Position numbers and translations under genes: made by a program | In this document: in pieces, positions 52,090 to 64,000 of the stretch | Numbering within the stretch: the first letter of the stretch is position 1 | How the letters are laid out: the number at the start of each line of letters is the position of its first letter | The notes under the pieces: model-generated | What the model saw: the letters and a program-made list of their open reading frames with translations, nothing else | Databases searched by the model: none | What the model was told of the DNA's origin: nothing | Source: the human T2T-CHM13v2.0 reference genome, Homo sapiens | Assembly (NCBI RefSeq): GCF_009914755.1 | Contig: NC_060930.1 | Length of the DNA: 64,000 nt | Reading direction: 5' to 3' (one strand)

Positions 52090-52735
52090 CAAAATTGCTA
52101 TTTATATTTCCTGTGGTATTACAAATTCCTGTGCTTAAACAGTAGATTCAAAATAAACAATGATAATATGGTGATTGTAAGACAAAGAAACAGAACTTAA
52201 ATTATTTACATTTTGTCTTTCTATGAGATCACTTGGAAATTTAGATCAGTGTTGAAATTTTTAAAACAGTAAGAGAAAAAGAATGAGAACTGAGGTTTTT
52301 GTAGCAGCTGAATGTAAATTTTTGTCAATATATAAAATATTTTAGAAAATTTGGTTGGTATCTTTAAAATTGCAATCGATTCTTTTTAAAATTATGAATT
52401 GTTTTAAAACTTCAGACTAAATTAAGAAAATGCAATATTACATCATTGGTACAACGGAGAGCTGCCTAAATTATACCTCTTGCAGGATGTTCAGCTTTAT
52501 CAAAATTTATTTATTAGCTACAGGATATTTTTAAAGAATTTCTGTAACTATTTTCATATTTGTTGCTTTATGTGTGAAAGAAAATTTTGAAATTAAAATT
52601 AGTAAAAATATTCCTCAATCAATTATGAGGAGATAGGTTGAAAAATCCAGTTATACTCTCTTGAACGTGAATATACCATGAAGATAAATTTTGACAGTTA
52701 TTGGCAAATTTGCAGAAGTAAGGCTTGAAAACAGG
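52090..52735 (+). mobile_element. hAT-Tip100-like transposase remnant
   Basis: TGTGAAAGAAAATTTTGAAATTAAAATTAGTAAAAATA...GATAGGTTG resembles CERSFSKLKL.K...M..DRL; later INFD..I.KFAEV. Confidence 0.6.
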
Positions 52736-53232
52736 AGTCATGGGGAAAAGATCATCTTTTCAATAAATGATGTTAAGTTAACTGGATATCCACATGGAAA
52801 AAGAAAGAAAGAAATTCACTTCTACTCCATACATAAAATCAATTTAATGTAGGAGGTGGGACATCTGACTATCACAGAGTAAAGAAGTCAGCAAATTCTC
52901 TCTCCAAAAAAGCAAGTATAAAACTGGACAAAATTATTAAAAACCAATAATTTTCTGGCTCTGGAAATTTACCAAAGGCAAACAACAACAGAGGTATTTA
53001 GTAATGAAAAGTTGCTAGAACTTTGGGGAAGGAAGAGTAAGAGTCTTTGGACTTATTGCTGGGAATAGCTCCAAAACCCTGCCAGCCTGGTCAGCCAGGT
53101 AGTTTTATCAGGTAATGAAAAACAGTAACATTATTGCTGACTATTGATGGGTTTAAATCACACATAGATATTACATATATATATATATATATATGATGTA
53201 AATATTTATCATTCTATGTTTATACATATGTA

Positions 53233-53978
<746 letters not shown>

Positions 53979-54354
53979 TGGTCATTCTATGTATATATAT
54001 GCCAATAAAAGCACAAAGAAAAGAAAAGGTGGTGGATTTAAATTGAAGCGAAGTTTCTACATTTGACTAGAATTAAGTCAACATTAGTCTGAAATAGGAT
54101 ACTAACAAGTTGATATGCATATTTTAATCACTAGAGTAACTACTACGGAAATTATTATAAAATGCAGTTAAAAAGTCAGCAGAGGTGAATTAAATGCAAA
54201 TGGAGGAGTAAGGACCTCGAAAAACCCTCTTCTTCATAAAAACTATGAGAACACTGTGCAAAAAGTATCAAAATTAACTTTTTCAAAGCTCTGGAAATCA
54301 ACCAAAGGCTTGAGATAATCTAGGAGCATGTATGCTAGAAAAACAGCTGATCAT

Positions 54355-57984
<3,630 letters not shown>

Positions 57985-58147
57985 GGACAAAGAATACAGG
58001 ATTTACAGAATTTGTTTGGAGGATTTATTAAACAAACAGCAAAAACAACTATTACACCACCAACAAAACAACACCAACATCAAGTGCTGGGGAGAAAGAA
58101 GAATGTGATTTCCAGAGTTACTACATTGTATTATTTAAAATGTCTAG

Positions 58148-58519
<372 letters not shown>

Positions 58520-58605
58520 TAGAAACTGTTTTTAAGGAAGCATAGATGTTGGAATTACTAAAATAAACAAAGACTTTAAATCAGCTATTTTAAATATGTT
58601 CAAAG

Positions 58606-59846
<1,241 letters not shown>

Positions 59847-60321
59847 AACAAATAACTGAAGGAAACCATGTCTAAAGAGCTAAAGGAATGTTTCAAAACA
59901 ACACCTCAACAAATAGAGAAAAACAATGAAGAGATGGACATTATTAAAAAGAAGCAAATAAAAATTCTGGAGTTTAACAGTTCAATTGCTGAAATGAAAA
60001 ATTCTCTAGAGGGGCTCAACAGCAGATCTAAGCAGGCAGAAGAAAGAACCAGAGTACTTGAAAATAAGTTAATTGAGATCAGCTACTCTGAGAAACAAAA
60101 AGAAAAATGAATAGAGCCTCAGATACTTGTCAGATATCATCAAGCATACCAGCATATGCTCAATGGGAGTCCAAAAGAGCAAGGAAAAAGAGAAAGGGTC
60201 AGAAAGAGTATTTTAAGAATTAATGGCTGGAAACTCCACAAATCTGATGAAAAACATTAGTACACATCCAAAAGGTCATCACAAAGTAGCATAAATTCAA
60301 AGAGATCCACACCCAGACAAA

Positions 60322-61110
60322 TGTTTGGAAAAACTCAAAACATGTTTCCTCTGCTCTCATACCACAACGTAACAGTCAACACAGAAGACTTCTGTGAGTC
60401 CAAAATATATAAAGATTTCTCCCCACCTTCAGCAAGCAATCCATTCTGCAGCAGACACCAGCTGGGTGTCCTCTAGTTCAATTCTGACACAACCTACTTG
60501 GAGATTGTGTCATATCCCACAGCTGTGGGGCTCAGTCCTTGAAATTTCCCCACCTTCAGACACCAGTCACAAGGCCAGGACTCTGGGACTTCTGACTGAC
60601 TAGCTTCAAGTTGGAGTTTCTGCAACCAACTCTTTGGGTTTGATTAATTTGCTAGAGCAGCTCACAGAATTCTGGGAAACACTTATGTTTGCTGATGTAT
60701 TATAAAGACTATTACAAAGGATACAGATGAAGAAATGCATAGGGCAAGGCATAAGAGAAGGGGCATGGAACTTCCAGGCCCTGCCCAGGCACACCACTCT
60801 GCAGGAACCTCCATATGTTTAGCTACCCAGAAGCTCTCCAAACTCAGTCCTCTTGGGTTTTTACAGAGGCTTCATTACATAGGCATGATTGATTAAACCA
60901 TTGAGATCAATTTGATTCTCAGCCTCTCTACCTTACTCAGAGGTTAGGGTGTGAGGCTGAAAGTTCCAATCCTCTAATGATGCCTTTGTCTTCCCTTATT
61001 AGTCAACATTAGCATGCAAAAATATAGCACTTTGGAAATTCGAAGGATTTTAGGAGTTTTATGCCAGAAAGCAGGGATGAAGACCAAATACATATTTTAC
61101 GATACCACCA
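60322..61110 (-). mobile_element. MER21-family LTR
   Basis: GACACCAGCTGGGTGTCC...TTTGCTAGAGCAGCTCACAGAA...GAAGACCAAATACATATTT. Confidence 0.8.
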
Positions 61111-61575
61111 CACATAATAACCAAATCTCTGAAAGACAAAGGAAAAATTTTGAACAGCCAAAGAGAAATGACTGGAATAATCACGTTCAAGGCATCCTCT
61201 ATGAAATTAATACTTAACTTCTGATTAGAAACCATGGAAGTTGGAAATCAGTGGGATGACATATTCAAATTCTAAAGAAAAAATAAGGCTTTCAACTAAA
61301 AATTCTATATCCAGAAAAACTGTCCCTCAAAATTTGGGAGAACTTAAGATATTGCCAGATAAACAAAAACTGAGTAAATTAATCACCAGCTGACCTGTTC
61401 AACAAGAACTTTGTCCTTCAGGCTGAAATGAAAGGACACCAGACAGTAATGTTAATCTATATAAAGAAATAAAGAGCACTGGTAAAGGTAACTACATTGA
61501 TTTAAACACAAAAGACAGCAAAAATATATTTTTTGTTTGTAACACTTTCCTTCTCTCATCTTATTTAAAAAACAA

Positions 61576-61969
61576 TTGACATTTTACTTTTTTGGCACTA
61601 TGATCATGGGGAAGAGTAGTCTTTTGTCTTCAGCTAAGTAGTTTATTGACAATTTTCTTCTGAAAACAATAACATGTCTCTAAGCACCGTTTCTTGTGTT
61701 GTGTGACATTCAAGTGTCTTTTTTTAATGAAAAGTATTTTCTCCTTTGTGTTTTGGCAGGTTTTATTGGAATTTATGAAGAGATATTTTAGCTGAGTACT
61801 ATATAATTTACAATTTTAAGAAAGTATCAAGTTAGAACCCAGAAATAGTAAGGAAATGCACAATTTTATATTCTGGCAAATGGACCTAATTCCTGTATTA
61901 CAGTGTAAGTAAATGTACCTAATAAATGTTAACTTCCCATTAAATATGAGATGGGGACTCAAATTTCAG
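61576..61969 (+). pseudogene. SRPK2: Second, internal fragment of the SRPK2-type 3'UTR
   Basis: Colinear with 59048-59430 (GTAGTCTTTTGTCTTCAGCTAAGTAGTTTA; TAGCTGAGTACTATATAATTTACAAT; GGGACTCAAATTTCAG). Confidence 0.88.
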
Positions 61970-62449
61970 TGATAATTACAAGTTTGTGTTGATGGGCATG
62001 CAATGAATAAAGAAGTAATCATGGGACAATAACAGCATGAAAAAGGTGACAGGGAATGGAACTACATAGGAATAAAGCTTTTTACACTATTGAACTTAAA
62101 TGTATGTTAATCCAAAATAGATTTTCATAAATCAAGATGTTAATTGTGACCCCTTAGGCAACCATTAAGAAAATAAATCATAAAATATATAGTAGAGTAA
62201 ATGACAAGAGAGTTAAAATAGTAGACAAGAAAATATCTGTTTAACACAAAAGAAGGCAGTAACAAAGGCGTAGAGAAATAAAAATGACATAAGACAGAGA
62301 GAAAACAAATGGAAACATGGCAGATATAAATCATACCTAATCAGCAATTAGATGAAATGTAGATGTTTTAAATACCCTAATCAAAAGGCAGAGACTAATA
62401 GTATGTACTTCTAAAAAATCATCCAACCATATGTTGTCTAAAGGGACAC

Positions 62450-63575
62450 AGTTTAACTTAAATCTAAGACCTGAAACCATAAAAATTCTAGAGAGTAACC
62501 CAGGAAAAATTCTTCTGGACATTGGCCTAGGCAAAGAATTTATGACTAAGACCCCAAAAGCAAATTCAACTAAAACAAAAATAAATAAATGAGACCTAAT
62601 TAAATTAGAAAGCTTCTGTACAGAAAAAAAAAATCATCAGAGTAAACAAACAACACACCAAATGGGAGAAAATATTTGCAAACTATGCATCCGAAAGATG
62701 ACTAATATCCAGAATCAACATGGAATTCAAACAATTCAACAAGAACAAAAACATAATCCCAACAAAAAGTGGGCAAATGATATGAACCCACATTTCTCAA
62801 AAAAAAGACATACAAATGGTCAACCAACATATAAACGCAAATTAAAACCACAGTAATATACCACTTTACCCCTGTAAGAATAGCTATTATTAAAAAGTCA
62901 AAAAACAATAGATGTTGGCATGGATGTGGTGAAAAGGGAATGCTTACACACTGCTAGTGGGAATGTAAATTAGTACAACCTGTATGGAAAACAGTATGGT
63001 GATTTCTTAAAGAACTAAAAGTAGATCTACCATTCAATCCAGCAATCCCATGATTGGGTATCTACCTAAAGGAAAAGAAGTCATTATATCAAAAACACAC
63101 CTTCACATGTATGTTTATTGTAGCACAATTTACAATTGCAAAGATATGAAACCAACCTAAGTGTCCATCAACCAATGAGTAGATAAAGAAAACATGGTAT
63201 ATATATATATACGCCATGGAATACTACTGAGCCATAAAAAAGAACAAAATAATGTATTTTGCAGCAGCTTGGATGGGGCTGGTGACCATTATTCTGAGTG
63301 ACATAACTCAGGAATGGGAAACCAAATACTGTATGTTCTTACTTATAAGTGGGAGCTAAGCTATGGGTATGCAAAGACATTCAGAATGATAAAATGAACC
63401 ATGGGGACAAAAAAAGGGGAGGTTGGGAGAGGGACAAAAGATAAAAACTACATGTTGGTTATACTGTACACTGCTTAGGTGATGGGTTCACTAAAATCTC
63501 AGACTTCACCACTGCACAATTCATCCATGTAACTAAAAACTACTCACACCCCAAAAGCTATGAAAACAAACAAAC
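62450..63575 (+). mobile_element. L1PB-like 3' end
   Basis: CTAAGACCTGAAACCATAAAAATTCTAGA...AAAATCTCAGACTTCACCACT. Confidence 0.88.
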
Positions 63576-63589
63576 AAACAAAAAAAACA

Positions 63590-63915
63590 GGCCAGGCACA
63601 GTGGCTCACACATGTAATCCTAGCACTTTGGGAGACCAAAGTCGGCAGATCACTTGAGACCAGAAGTTTGAGACCAGCCTGGCCAACATGGCAAAACCTC
63701 ATGTCAAATAAAAATACAAAAAAAAAAAAAAAAATTAGCCAGGCATTGTGGTGCATGCCTGGAATCCCAGCTACTCAGGAGGCTGAAGCAGGAGAATCAC
63801 TTGAACCCAGGAGGTGGATGTTGCAGTGAGCCAAAATTACTGCACTCCAGCCTGGGTAACAGAGTGAGTGAGACTATATTTCAAAAAACAAAACAAGAAC
63901 AAAACAAAACAAAAA
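63590..63915 (+). mobile_element. Alu (J/S) with (CAAAA)n tail
   Basis: Dimeric Alu. Confidence 0.9.
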
Positions 63916-64000
63916 TACCCTGTGAATAGATTTGTAAATAACCACATCAGTGGTTCTCAAGGCTTTTCATCTGGGAAAAAAAAGGGCTTTGATTTACACT

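Overview
Primate (human-like) nuclear DNA dominated by interspersed repeats: Alu, L1, L2, MIR, ERV1 and MaLR LTRs, and DNA transposons. I see no intact protein-coding gene or RNA gene. Nearly all track ORFs come from Alu, L1, MaLR or microsatellite sequence, or are chance ORFs. Best-supported items: (1) a 5'-truncated, disabled SRPK2 processed pseudogene (~58606-59846) inside an old L1, plus a second partial copy of its 3'UTR 2.5 kb downstream; (2) a ~3.5 kb GC-rich block (~38521-42018) that splits an L2 at a TT/AAAA site and ends in a poly(A)-signal variant, A-tract and TSD, so probably an old retrocopy whose parent I cannot name; (3) three LTR10 solo LTRs within 18 kb, one with five perfect AP-1 sites, and an LTR9B-like LTR with an intact SOX-OCT motif; (4) a full-length THE1 element; (5) a CpG-rich patch beside H-DNA, G4 and Z-DNA motifs; (6) several locally templated duplications and deletion junctions. 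Repeat subfamily names are from remembered consensus sequences, not a database search. I cannot demonstrate a wholly new biological system here.
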